Shown here in pieces: positions 33,901 through 43,712 of a stretch of 64,000 nt of DNA; positions within the stretch are counted from its first letter, which is position 1, and each line of letters starts with the position of its first letter. The stretch lies in the NCBI RefSeq assembly GCF_000142905.1, contig NW_013657675.1, positions 496,001 to 560,000 on the forward strand, given 5' to 3'. The stretch comes from Thecamonas trahens ATCC 50062. Lineage: Eukaryota > Protista > Apusomonadida. The translations under genes were made by a program, and so were the position numbers. The notes under the pieces are model-generated. The model worked only from the letters and a program-made list of their open reading frames with translations. It was not told the DNA's origin and did not search any database.

Positions 33901-34715
33901 AACCGGTCAAGCATCGACGCCAACGGGTCGTGCCCGGCCCGCTTTGCCGCAAGCTGCTCCTCCTTCCGCTTCATGATCTGCTTCGACTTGGCCGAAATAC
34001 GCGGCTCAAAGGTGCACTCGGCGAGAACTTCGTCCTCGACCTCGGCCCGAAGCGCCTCGCGCTGCTCCTGCGAGTACTCGGAAACCCGCTGGAGCCGGGT
34101 CACAAAGTCTGGATCCTGGAACTGCGTCGAGACGGCAGTTGGGCCCAGCCGCGGCCGAAACGCGTCGCGCGTCAGCGACCGCTCGGCCTCGGCCCGGGAC
34201 GCCACCACTGCTGCTTCACGCGCTGCACGCCGCCGCATCGCCTCCTCGTACAGCTTGACGCCGTAGTTGACCTGTGACTCGTCGACGCCATAGACCTCCT
34301 CCACAAACTCAAACCGAGACGGCGAGTTGTGGATCGGCGAGAGTTCCGGAGGCCGCGGCACCGCCTCGGTCGGCGTCGCCAAGCGCTCCTCGGCGTCGGC
34401 GTCGTAAACATACTCTACTTCGTACTCGTACTCATACCCATCAGCCGACGTGTCCATCACATCGTTGGCCGACTCGGGCTCGAGCTGCGAGACAGTGAGC
34501 GGGCCGCGGGTAGCCGCCAGAGCCACATTCGGCACGGGCGACGGCGGCGACGGCGGCAGGCCTGACGCTGAAGCTGGCTTTTCCGCGCCTTCTTGCCTTT
34601 GCTCTTGCTCTTGCTCTTGCTCTTGCTCTTGCCTTTGCTCTTGCTCTTGCTCTTGCTCGTCTTGGACCGACTGCCTCTGCTCGAACTGCGATGCGTCCGC
34701 CTTGCCGACCTGCAT
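30945..34715 (-). CDS. Large cytoskeleton-type protein with CTFxP repeats, an EF-hand pair and C-terminal AIR9-like (A9) repeats; 5' end uncertain (probable upstream exon 34945-35182)
   Basis: ECTFEPRI, DCTFQPQV, ECTFSPKV and HCKFSPAI. EF hands DVDETGDLSRDQ and DPDGTGRVEPES. A9-like YAGGEEGASEIKWY and YFGGEP...YRWYR. The upstream exon ends in a GTAAGT donor at 34944. Confidence 0.7.
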   Translation of the reverse strand: MQVGKADASQFEQRQSVQDEQEQEQEQRQEQEQEQEQEQRQEGAEKPASASGLPPSPPSPVPNVALAATRGPLTVSQLEPESANDVMDTSADGYEYEYEVEYVYDADAEERLATPTEAVPRPPELSPIHNSPSRFEFVEEVYGVDESQVNYGVKLYEEAMRRRAAREAAVVASRAEAERSLTRDAFRPRLGPTAVSTQFQDPDFVTRLQRVSEYSQEQREALRAEVEDEVLAECTFEPRISAKSKQIMKRKEEQLAAKRAGHDPLASMLDRFNHYEAKRVDRLKDLIKLREEELEVTGSPAISAYSQAIERTDSLSVHERLYAKGAEHLKLRKMKSVALADRLYEEACQPKPVVHDIAVPSIKRDYDRTRLLVRAQRSALGVHEALYHEAKARQETKRKRELRAQFEEELLHAAPKMSAKSQAIIRSKLSAESVSKLFAQADVDETGDLSRDQVEHLFVELGWFVSRSVDKHKPRIQEEQAMLDSVWTHLDPDGTGRVEPESLHAFVDSVVESDPVLSSATPADVMARVHGAADSASDSGAVLDALMEADGKLAAAFAARPEIVQFVELIRTKSAYEALHRAPKTPVLDDDCTFQPQVMVTNRTAKLEAKALARLIVKNPELSRSPNRRHEIIEERAKIARRKAEVKRLAALDAKLKECTFSPKVNKYTKAAPPSAASGATASPSASKSSPARAAMKWQAKLSTEEREILEHCKFSPAIREPPRSILYPKASPLAKVKGVEKAVKLMTRGRADREEKRRLNAPLHDWESEDSAPAVAARSGKARRAKVGQAAEKRRRDSVDDTTSVVSDVSIDPILFVMDVNLGMGRSGKLGVRAGDDPAILAREFGAQYHLDAGMVRQLQVMVASHLESYLSSNYNNELIDIHKTLTAKAASDTPGAGGRNDGGSAHVPNAQPQYEYEYEYEFVDDAGSDHEPPHAALYVDRVAEHGSEGAAGSEGTSGAGPQVVLELSGEAREGAVLNAHEIFIGCDATGATRRWIRIEPATGTKSVMTTGSTELVVTGEMAGYSFLYQCQPVGGRWTSTPPVGPVSAQAPAVLDLAIEGRLMEGVTLRVGGQYAGGEEGASEIKWYARSKRSTSKNVLLATGRELPLSLTHVGMTLVVEYLPVRSDGEVGELASAMASHAVEPAPPQVLELTFGSELAASPQEGVELTPVGTYFGGEPAQIQQYRWYRIVPRGPDPNNAELLEIAGTKRYMPTNDDVNHFLKFVWTPVSASGRMGEAVGITTRTPVARATGRH

Positions 34716-35659
34716 CCCACCACAGGAACCACATAAATCGCCTCCCCAATCTCTATTACGTGCATCCAACCTATCCCGTCTAAATCACTCTCACCGCACC
34801 ACCAGCCGAGCTATGCACACGTCCGCTCGCCCGGCCCAGCCGAGTCGCTAGCGCCAAGTCGCTCGCCAATGGCAACCAGCGGATTTTTGGCGGCCACAGC
34901 GAGGCGAGGAGGGAGGGGGGAGGAGGTATGGTGATGTGACTTACTTGCGTGTAGAGGTGGTACCGGTGGACGAGACACCTGATGTACGAGAGGCCAAGTC
35001 GTCCTCGTCTGCATGGTCAATGCGCTCTCTGTCGTAGCCACGGGTGGCCGCACCACCAGGCATGGGTGCTGTCGTCCCGCTACCAGCCGTTGCCTCACCA
35101 CCACCACCAACACCACTGCCACCAGCAGCGGCATCAGCACCAGCACGTGCTGGGGTAACGGCAGGACTCCCATTCTGGTCCATGCTCATCCTTGCCTGGA
35201 GAGCACGGATCGAGTCCGTGCCCCGGGCTGGAGTGGACACCTGCATGTGGTTGGGCCCACAACAAGACGAGTGAGGGTGGTGCTGGCTGGCTGCTGGCTG
35301 TCTCGGCTGCGGCTGGCTGGCCGAGAGAGGGGGGATAGCCTCAACTGATGACGACTGTATTTGAGCTCGATCTTCGTTGTAGAAACAAGTTAGGCTACGC
35401 ATGGGTTAGCACATGACATGGATATGTCTGGTATTGGGCAAATGAGCGTGAGGGAAGCATTGGGCCAGGGAAGCACAATGGCGATTGGAGGCTGGCGCTG
35501 TCCTGGGCTTGATCGAGAGCGTGATCGCGATCATGATCACGATCATGATCACTTTCACTGTGGCTCGGCGGCAGTGTGCGGACCTCGCCATTGCGTTTGC
35601 CAACACCTCACTCCCCCTCCCCCTCTCACCCCCTCCAAGCACTTCCTTCGCTGGCAACT

Positions 35660-37360
35660 ATGGAAGGGAGAATGGCGCTGCGGCCTGTTTATGCTTCTCC
35701 TCTGCTGGGCTCGACAGGATGGCGAGTGGTGAAGACCAACGCACCCGACAACCACCCAGCCAAGGTCTTTTACTACCACGCGTCGTCGGCCACGTCGTCG
35801 TGGGACCTTCCGGCAGTGCTCGAGCCGTTTGATTTGTCGGGCTTTACGGGGCCACGAAGGAAGCGCAAGCGTGATGAGAGCGGAAGAACGAGCAGAGCTC
35901 AGCATCCGCCGGTCCATGCTAGGAATCAGTCGACAACGAGTGCGGGCGCCGAGGAGACAGCTATGCCCGAGGCGCCGTGGGCAGACACTGACGATGCCAA
36001 GACGGTGGCACAGGCTGTTGAGGGTTTCCGTGCCCTGCTGTGGGAGACCGGCATCACGCCGTTCTCGGACTACTATGTGATGAAGAGCAGGCTAGAGAAA
36101 GACGCCCGGTTTGCCGCTGTTGCCGACGAGGACGACCGCCGCGCCATCTTTGAGGCTGTCGCTACCGAGGCTGCGAGCAAGAAAACAGCGTCGGCCGAGG
36201 AGCAGGCACGAAATGCTGCCGCTTCTGCCTTTTGCGCTCTCATCCGCAAGATGCTGCCGCGGCTTCCGGCCAAGCCACAGCTGTACGATCTGCGGGCGGT
36301 GGCCGGCGACGATCCTGCCTACAGCGGCGTGGGCAAGCTAGAGCGCGAGGCGCTTTTTGCGCGCGAGGTCAGTGCGCTGCGCGAGAAGAAGGCGCGACTC
36401 AAGGCGGAGCGCAAGGCCAAACGCAATGCGGCCAAGGCGGCGTACGTCCGCCTCTTGGCGTCGCTGGAGGACCCCGCACTGGGCGGGGACTCGCAGTGGC
36501 GGACCACCCGGCCGCGCATCGCCGACGACCCGGCCTTCAAGGCGCTTCCTCCATCCAAGGCCGAGGACTACTTTTACGACTACACCGACTCGCTGAAGGA
36601 GGCCGAGGCGTCACGGGCATCTGTGGCCAAGGCGACTGCCAAGGTCCAGGCTGAGACTGCCCGGAGCGACTTTCTCACCCTCCTGGCCGAGTTTGTCAAG
36701 TCGCCGGCCGAGGACTACGCCGCCATCACCGACCGGCTTGGCGTCGACCCGCGCTGGTCAGCACCGGGCGTCTCGGACGCCTTCCGCCGATCCGCCGTCG
36801 AGAAACACCTCGCCGAGCTCGGTACCTCGGCCAAGGGCCGCCTCGCCGTCATCCTTGCCCGTCACGCCGCAAACCTCCGGCTCGACTGGGACTGGCCGCG
36901 TGCACAGCGGTTCCTCGGCGAGCTTCCGGGGACTGGCGAAGAAATCCGGGCGCTCAGCCTCAGCGCTGCTGGTGCCGCTGCAGTCTATAGCGAGTTTCTG
37001 GTCGACGCGAAGGCCAAGGCCCGCGAGGCGTTCTTCGACATGGTCGACTCGGTCGTTGCGCCCGGTGCCGCGCTCGCTGCCCACGACGTCGCCGACTTTC
37101 TCGAGTCCACCGATCCGCGCTTTGAGCGTGCCGAGCAGGATCCGGCATTCAACGCTCTCCTCGCGCTCGAAGAGTATCTCGGCTCCGACGAGCAGGCCGC
37201 CCGCCGCGCCGCCCACTTTTCCTCCTCATCACGGGCGCACGCCTCGTCCAAGTCAGGCAACGACGACGGGTACGCTCTCGACATCGACATCGCCGACGAT
37301 ACGGAAGGCGATGTTGGCAAAAGCGGAGGCAAGGGCATCAAGGGTGGAGACGATGACTAA
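35660..37360 (+). CDS. WW and FF domain protein (TCERG1/Prp40-like splicing/elongation factor)
   Basis: WW motif GWRVV...VFYYHASSATSSWDLP and multiple FF repeats (FRALL..GITPFS...DARF; DSQW...IADDPAF; FLTLL...DPRW). Confidence 0.8.
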   Translation: MEGRMALRPVYASPLLGSTGWRVVKTNAPDNHPAKVFYYHASSATSSWDLPAVLEPFDLSGFTGPRRKRKRDESGRTSRAQHPPVHARNQSTTSAGAEETAMPEAPWADTDDAKTVAQAVEGFRALLWETGITPFSDYYVMKSRLEKDARFAAVADEDDRRAIFEAVATEAASKKTASAEEQARNAAASAFCALIRKMLPRLPAKPQLYDLRAVAGDDPAYSGVGKLEREALFAREVSALREKKARLKAERKAKRNAAKAAYVRLLASLEDPALGGDSQWRTTRPRIADDPAFKALPPSKAEDYFYDYTDSLKEAEASRASVAKATAKVQAETARSDFLTLLAEFVKSPAEDYAAITDRLGVDPRWSAPGVSDAFRRSAVEKHLAELGTSAKGRLAVILARHAANLRLDWDWPRAQRFLGELPGTGEEIRALSLSAAGAAAVYSEFLVDAKAKAREAFFDMVDSVVAPGAALAAHDVADFLESTDPRFERAEQDPAFNALLALEEYLGSDEQAARRAAHFSSSSRAHASSKSGNDDGYALDIDIADDTEGDVGKSGGKGIKGGDDD

Positions 37361-37481
37361 AGCCAACTCGCAATCCAGCCCGGCGGCGGCAACCGACTCA
37401 CTGCCGACTCCTCGCCGAGCGACCGTCCTCCGCCGCGAGAGTCGACGACGGCGGTACTTGACGCAGCCGCTTGAAGCAGGT

Positions 37482-37803
37482 ATGGCGGAGGTTCAGCGCG
37501 ACTGGCAGCACCGCGAGTTCATTGTATGTATTGAGAAGGACATGGAATGAGGGAGATGGAGGGGAAGGGGGGGGGGGAGGGTGAGTGGGAGGGAGGGGGG
37601 GGGGGTTGGCCCTGCCTGTGCTCTCTCGCTCCCTTTTCGAGCGTTGGCTCTTGCCAAAGTCCACCATACAAGGAGCGGTGGAGGAGGGGAACGTTGGTGG
37701 AGTGATGGGGAAGGGCGCACGGGGGGGAGGGGGGGGAGGGGAGGAGGAGAGGGTACTCACAGACATTGTTGTTGTTGTTGTTGTGTTGGTGGTGAATGGC
37801 TTT

Positions 37804-37847
<44 letters not shown>

Positions 37848-38188
37848 GTCGCTTGGTCAACGTGGTCGTCTGGTGGACGTGGTCGCCTGCTCGACGTGGT
37901 CGCCTGCTGGACGTGGTCACCTGATGGACGTGGTCGCTTGATCAAATTGGTCACCTGGTCGCCTGATGGACGTCTCGGACCTGTATGTCGTCTGATTTGC
38001 CTATGTAGGAGTCGGTTACCGTCAACGTGCTCAAGATTGTCGAGTTCCTCAACAAGTTTGACATCTCCACCAGGTATCGCCTCTCCAAGCTCAACGATCA
38101 GCTCTCCACTCTGGAACGTCGCATGGACTCGGCAGAGGCCCAGCTCTCGACTGTCTTCCAACAGCAGCAGGAGGGGCACAATGAGTAG
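37482..38188 (+). CDS. BRK1: BRICK1/HSPC300 subunit of the SCAR/WAVE complex (intron 37524-38008)
   Basis: Spliced product MAEVQRDWQHREFI|ESVTVNVLKIVEFLNKFDISTRYRLSKLNDQLSTLERRMDSAEAQL. GTATGT donor and TAG acceptor. Not called in the ORF track. Confidence 0.92.
37853..37975. repeat. Degenerate ~17-bp tandem repeat (GGACGTGGTCGCCTGCT) in the BRK1 intron
   Basis: About six imperfect copies are visible. Confidence 0.8.
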
Positions 38189-38218
38189 TGCCGATGCTGC
38201 TCCTCTCCGCTCTCTTTA

Positions 38219-38271
38219 TCCGGCTCGATCGCTTGACGACGACATCTCCGGCTCGATCGCTTGACGACATC
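38219..38271. repeat. Two-copy ~28-bp tandem duplication (TCCGGCTCGATCGCTTGACGAC...) downstream of BRK1
   Basis: Direct repeat seen in the sequence. Confidence 0.8.
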
Positions 38272-38505
38272 CCCGGAGTCTTTCTCTCTGCCCTTCGTCA
38301 TTGAACAAAGTATCTCCCTCGCCCCACTAACCCTCTCTTGCTTGCCTCCTCCCCCGGACCTGCTGACCGGTCTGCTGCGGATGCGACGGAATGGCAGCCG
38401 CCTCCGCCCGTGTCACACGCGGGCGACGCAGACGCAGCCACAGGCACTCCACTCGGCAAGGACTGTGGAAGTCGACCAACAGTCTTTGGTGGTATAGCAA
38501 AGCAC

Positions 38506-41400
38506 ATGGCTAGTGCGGGCGAAGCTTCACCACTGCTCAACACGGTGGGGGCGTGTAATGCCGAGACACCGCCTGGTGTCCGTCCGTGGACTCGGCATGG
38601 CGAGTCTGTCCTGCTCCCTGAAGAGCGTGCTGAAGGTGCCAACGCCATGGGTACCTTTTCTGGCGTGGTCATGCCCAACACGCTGGGAGTCTTTGGCGTC
38701 ATCATCTTCCTCAGGCTGTCTTGGGCGTGTGCTCAGTCAGGACTGCTCCTCTTTCTGGTCATCATGACTGCCGCCTACTCGGTCGCCGGCCTCACCGTTC
38801 TCTCGCTCATGTCCATCTCCACCAACGGCCGGGTCCGTGGCGGCGGGTGCTACTTTATGATCTCGCGGGCGCTCGGCCCCGAGTTTGGTGGTGCTATTGG
38901 CCTCATCTTCTACGCCGCCAACATTGCCGGCTGCGGTCTGTATCTGGTCGGCCTCTCGGACGCGCTCATCTCGGCCTTTGACCTGCCAGGCACCCGCTGG
39001 CACAAGCTCGCCTACGGATCGGCGGTCCTCCTGCTGGTCACGGTAGTGTGCCTCGTCGGCGCCAAAGCGTATGCCAAGACCGGGATCTTTATCTTTGTCC
39101 TCCTCTGGGCCATCATTGCCGTGGTCCTCGGCTCGATCTTCTTCCGATCCAACGGCTCGGTCGCCGGCTACACCGGCTTCTCGAGGTCGACGCTCCACCA
39201 CAATCTGTACCCCGACTTCCAGGCTGCGCCTGCCGGCGCCGGTGCGCAGTCGTTCCAGTCGGTGTTTGCGGTGTACATGCCGACGACGACCGGCCTGCTT
39301 GCCGGCTCGAACATGTCGGGCGACCTCGCCGACGCGGCGCGGTCGCTGCCGCGCGGCACCTTTATTGCGGTTGTGCTGACGTACGTCACGTACGCGCTGC
39401 TTGCTGTCTCGATGGCGGCGACGATCCAGCGGTCCGAGATGCTGGAGAACTACTACGTGGTGCAGGACATTTGCATCTCCAAGTACATTGTGACTGCCGG
39501 CATTGTGTGCTCGACGGTCTCATCGGCGCTCGGCAACCAAATCGGCGGCTCACGGATTGTGCAGGCATTGGCTCGCGACAAGCTCTTTGCCTTTCTCAAG
39601 CCGTTTGCCTATGGCGCGCCCGGCTCGGACGAGCCGCGGTACGGCGTGCTCCTCTCGATGGTACTCATCCAGGCGCTGCTGTTTGTGGGCGATCTCAACA
39701 CGCTCGCAAAGATCACCACCTCCTGCTTCCTCATCTCGTTTGTCATCATCAACTTTGCCTGCTTTGTCCTCTCCATCTCGGGCACGCCCAACTACCGCCC
39801 GTCGTTTACCGGCTCGAACGCGTTCACGACCGGCCTCGGCACCGTCGTCTGTCTAGGCACCATGTTCTTTGTCGACGTCGTCTACGCTGGCGTCTCGCTG
39901 GGCTTCCTTGTCATCCTCCTCATCTATGTCCACTGGACGGCGCCGCCGCTCAACTGGGGCTTCATCTCACAGGCGCTCATGTACCACCAAGTCCGCAAGT
40001 ACCTGCTTCGGCTCGACGTCCGCAAGAACCACGTCAAGTACTGGCGGCCGCAGTTTCTCTACCTCTGCGCCAACCCGACGTCGTCGCTGCAGGTCCTCGA
40101 CTTTGTCAACAACCTCAAAAAGGGTGGCCTCTACGTGGTCGGCCACATCCTGGTCGGCGACGTCGTCTCCCAAGGTCGTCGCTACAAGCAGCAGGTCGCA
40201 GCATGGCGCGAGTTTATCGCCGACACCAAGATTAAGGCCTTTTCCGAGACCCTCATTGCGCCGTCGGTCCGGGCCGGCGCCCGGTCGCTGCTCGAGGTCT
40301 CGGGCCTCGGCGCGCTGCAGCCAAACACGCTCATTATGGGCTTTTTCGACACGTCGACGTCAATGGCCGACGCGCAGGCGGCCGGGCTGGGTCCGGACGA
40401 CTTGCGGTCGACGGTCTCGCTCCGCGGGCCGGCGCTCTCGGGCCGGCGCGAGTTTGTGTCTGCGGCGCGGCGGCACTTTGCTGCCGCCTTTCGCGAGCCG
40501 ACCAGCGCCTCGGCTATTACCCTAGCTGAGTACGTGGGCATCATCAACGACGCGCTGTTCTTCAACAAGAACGTGGTCATCACCCGCAACTTTGAAAGGC
40601 TCGACAAGGAGCTGATTGTGACCCGCGCGCTCTCGCGGTTCGGCGCTGAGCCGCAGCGGTCGGCGTCGTTCTTTTCCAACATGTACCGGTCCACCACCGC
40701 AGCGCTCTCAAGGAGCCGCAAGATCAACATCGACTTGTGGCCCATCGACGTCTCGGGCACCTCGCAGTTTGACCACTCGTTCACCCTTCTCCTGCTCTTT
40801 GGCTGGATTCTGCAGTTGACCGACATCTGGTCCAAGTTTACCCGCCTCCGGGTCTTCTCCATTATCCACACCGGCGAGTCCAAGGATGCCGAGCGCGAGC
40901 GCATCGAGCTCATGCTCCGTACCGCCCGCATCGACGCCGAGGTCATCCCGCTCGAGCTCTCCGAGGCCGCCTCGGCTTCGTGGTTTGACGCTACGCCGCC
41001 GTCGGTCGGGCCCGAATGGGCCAACGCCGACCGCAACTCGGACGGCGATGATGTTGAGCCCGCCACGGTCGCCGCTGCCGCAGACGAGGATGCCCGTATC
41101 GGCGCGTCGTCCGCGCGGACGTCGACTGCGTACTATCCGTACGAGGACGAGGTCCACGATGGTGTCGACCGCGACTCGGACGCCTTCCAGCGGCTGCTCC
41201 TCGTCCGCTACAGCATCGTCAACCAACTCATGCGTGCGTACTCGGCCGAAGCCGGGGTGATCTTCTCCACCTTTGACCGCCCGTCCGTCGCTGTCCGGTA
41301 CAACACCCACTTTCTCGCCGGCCTCGACGCGCTCACCCGTGATCTGCCGCCGATCCTCTGCCTCTACGGGATCGGCACGTTCCTTGCCACTGAAATGTAA
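38506..41400 (+). CDS. Cation-chloride cotransporter family protein, SLC12A9/CIP1-like
   Basis: GTFSGV, GVIIFLRL, GGGCYFMISRALGPEFGG, AGSNMSGDL, HQVRKYLLRLD..K.HVKYWRPQ and LKKGGLY. Confidence 0.9.
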   Translation: MASAGEASPLLNTVGACNAETPPGVRPWTRHGESVLLPEERAEGANAMGTFSGVVMPNTLGVFGVIIFLRLSWACAQSGLLLFLVIMTAAYSVAGLTVLSLMSISTNGRVRGGGCYFMISRALGPEFGGAIGLIFYAANIAGCGLYLVGLSDALISAFDLPGTRWHKLAYGSAVLLLVTVVCLVGAKAYAKTGIFIFVLLWAIIAVVLGSIFFRSNGSVAGYTGFSRSTLHHNLYPDFQAAPAGAGAQSFQSVFAVYMPTTTGLLAGSNMSGDLADAARSLPRGTFIAVVLTYVTYALLAVSMAATIQRSEMLENYYVVQDICISKYIVTAGIVCSTVSSALGNQIGGSRIVQALARDKLFAFLKPFAYGAPGSDEPRYGVLLSMVLIQALLFVGDLNTLAKITTSCFLISFVIINFACFVLSISGTPNYRPSFTGSNAFTTGLGTVVCLGTMFFVDVVYAGVSLGFLVILLIYVHWTAPPLNWGFISQALMYHQVRKYLLRLDVRKNHVKYWRPQFLYLCANPTSSLQVLDFVNNLKKGGLYVVGHILVGDVVSQGRRYKQQVAAWREFIADTKIKAFSETLIAPSVRAGARSLLEVSGLGALQPNTLIMGFFDTSTSMADAQAAGLGPDDLRSTVSLRGPALSGRREFVSAARRHFAAAFREPTSASAITLAEYVGIINDALFFNKNVVITRNFERLDKELIVTRALSRFGAEPQRSASFFSNMYRSTTAALSRSRKINIDLWPIDVSGTSQFDHSFTLLLLFGWILQLTDIWSKFTRLRVFSIIHTGESKDAERERIELMLRTARIDAEVIPLELSEAASASWFDATPPSVGPEWANADRNSDGDDVEPATVAAAADEDARIGASSARTSTAYYPYEDEVHDGVDRDSDAFQRLLLVRYSIVNQLMRAYSAEAGVIFSTFDRPSVAVRYNTHFLAGLDALTRDLPPILCLYGIGTFLATEM

Positions 41401-41636
41401 AATACAATCATCCATGAGTCAGAGTGCACGGCAGTCGGCGACCGTGTGCAGCCGTGAGCCCGAGATGCGTCGTCCCCTCCTCCGCCCGAGGTCCGCTCCC
41501 GAATCCGCGAGCCACGCGACGGCTGACGAGCACCGACAACACACATCACTTGACGACAGCACCGTACGTCGTCACCGGCCCATACACATACCTTTACACA
41601 GGTACACAGGTACATACACAACACCTCCAGGTCAGC

Positions 41637-42836
41637 ATGCTCTTGGGTGCGGTGCGTGCGGCTGTGGCCGGGCGGTTGGCAACAGGACCGGTGGGAGGCG
41701 TTCGTGCCGCGTCAGCAGCAGCCAAGGCGCTGAGCGGTGCAGGCGGGAGCGGGGCGACGAGCGGGACCGAGAGCGGGACGGCGAGCAGGCTGAGTGGCAA
41801 GGGATCGGCGCGGCTGGATGAGTTTGCAGCGCGGTTGGAGGCAGAGGCACCGATGCTGGACGCTTTTCTGGGAACACCGCGTGGAGGAGTGACCATGCCC
41901 GAGCCGCGGCCGCGGAGGAAGCGCGGGTTTGTGGAGAGGGAGCCCAAGCCCGAGTGGCTGAAGCGGGACATGCCGCGTGGCGCCAACTACAAGCGGCTGA
42001 AGAACTCGCTCGACGGTCTTGATCTCAACACGGTGTGCGAGGAGGCCAAGTGTCCGAACATCGGCGAGTGCTGGGGCGGAAAGGACGGGACGGCGACGGC
42101 GACCATCATGCTGCTGGGCGATACTTGCACCCGTGCCTGCCGCTTCTGCGCCATCAAGACGTCCAACACCCCGCCGCCGCCTGACGCCGACGAGCCGTAC
42201 AAGGTTGCCAAGGCCGTGACCGATTGGGGCCTCGACTACGTCGTTCTCACCTCGGTCGACCGCGACGACCTTCCCGACGGTGGCTCGGGCCACTTTGCGC
42301 AAACCATCGCGCATCTCAAGTCGCTCGACTCGGAGCTGACTGTCGAGGCGCTGGTTTCGGACTTTGCTGGCGACCTCGAAGCCGTCGCCCGTGTCGCCGA
42401 GTCTGGCCTCGACGTCTACGCGCACAATGTGGAGACTGTCGAGCGGCTGCAGGGTGTGGTCCGCGACCGGCGCGCTGGCTACCACCAGTCGCTGACCACG
42501 CTCCGCGAGGCCAAGCGGGTGACCCCGGACATTGTCACCAAGTCCAACATCATGCTCGGCGTCGGCGAGACCGATGCCGAAGTCCAGGCGACCATGGACG
42601 ACCTGCTGGAGGCCGGTGTGGAGATTCTCACCCTCGGCCAGTACCTCCGTCCGACACCGCGCCACATGAAGGTCGCCGAGTACGTCCATCCTGACAAGTT
42701 CAAGCACTGGCAGGTGACCGGCGAGGCCATGGGCTTCAAGTACGTCGCCTCGGGTCCCCTCGTCCGCTCCTCTTACCGTGCCGGCGAGTTTGCCATCAAG
42801 GCGCAGATCAAGAAGAAGCGCGCCGCGGCAGAGTGA
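41637..42836 (+). CDS. LIAS: Mitochondrial lipoyl synthase
   Basis: [13 protein letters not shown], radical-SAM CTRACRFC and RSSY motifs, plus an N-terminal presequence. Confidence 0.95.
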   Translation: MLLGAVRAAVAGRLATGPVGGVRAASAAAKALSGAGGSGATSGTESGTASRLSGKGSARLDEFAARLEAEAPMLDAFLGTPRGGVTMPEPRPRRKRGFVEREPKPEWLKRDMPRGANYKRLKNSLDGLDLNTVCEEAKCPNIGECWGGKDGTATATIMLLGDTCTRACRFCAIKTSNTPPPPDADEPYKVAKAVTDWGLDYVVLTSVDRDDLPDGGSGHFAQTIAHLKSLDSELTVEALVSDFAGDLEAVARVAESGLDVYAHNVETVERLQGVVRDRRAGYHQSLTTLREAKRVTPDIVTKSNIMLGVGETDAEVQATMDDLLEAGVEILTLGQYLRPTPRHMKVAEYVHPDKFKHWQVTGEAMGFKYVASGPLVRSSYRAGEFAIKAQIKKKRAAAE

Positions 42837-43053
42837 TGATACACTTAAAGCATGCACAATTTATGGTGATGTTTGGGCCTGCGCGTCGATGCCGGCCGCA
42901 TGTCCGAAGCGATGGCGTGGCAGGAAACGGAAGCCGTCGGAGACCAGTGCACACGTCAGGAGAAGAGAACAAGAGAGAGAGAGAGCGCGTGGACCATGAT
43001 GACATGATCACAGAATCGCATGATCGCATCATGTCGTGATCCCATCACAGCGT

Positions 43054-43455
43054 TTAGAGGCCCTCCATGGCGCGGGCCTTGGGCGACTTGTTGCGCTTGC
43101 GCGGCGAGCGTCGGACAGAAGTGGCCGACGAGGTAGCAGCGTCACCAGCCGGAGCCGGCGCCTTCTTCTGCGGAGTGGGCTTGTTGAAGATGAACCTGTT
43201 TCCGGTATGAGCATGCATGGCGTTGAGTTCAGGGCGAGGGTGTGGAAGTGTTGAAGGGAGTGAGTATGTATATAGGCGTGCAAGGGGGAGGGGGTAGGGA
43301 GGGAAGGAGGGAGAGCGTCATGATGGCGCGAAGACTGGGCAGGATCGAGGAGGGGAGGGTAGGCGTCGGTGCGAGGCAGTGGCGTACACGTTAAAGAACG
43401 AGCCGACGACAACAAAGACGGCAAAAATGATGGCAATGAGGGTAAACTGGTCCAT
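43054..43455 (-). CDS. Spliced 69-aa single-TM microprotein (intron 43196-43387)
   Basis: ATG 43455, GTACGC donor and ACAG acceptor give the in-frame product MDQFTLIAIIFAVFVVVGSFFNVFIFNKPTPQKKAPAPAGDAATSSATSVRRSPRKRNKSPKARAMEGL. Confidence 0.65.
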
Positions 43456-43712
43456 GGTTGCGGAGGAGGAGGGGAGGAGAAGTGGCCTTGGCGCTTTAGC
43501 CTCGTCCTTAGCAAGCTGCTGTCAAAGTGAGTTGGGCGCGCGGACGAGCGAACGTGTGAGCGACCCGGCCAGAGTATGCGACAGTCGTGTAGTAGAGGCA
43601 GTTGTGCAGAGAGATGTGTGCCAAGGGAGCGACGGCAAAGGCATCGGACGGATTATGGCTTGTCTGATGCAGGTATTACGGACTGGATCTGGCGCCAACT
43701 ACGGCCTCAGAC

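Noticed and set aside
37853-38271. Short direct repeats as a CRISPR-like array
   Set aside because: No unique spacers, eukaryotic intron/UTR context and no cas genes.
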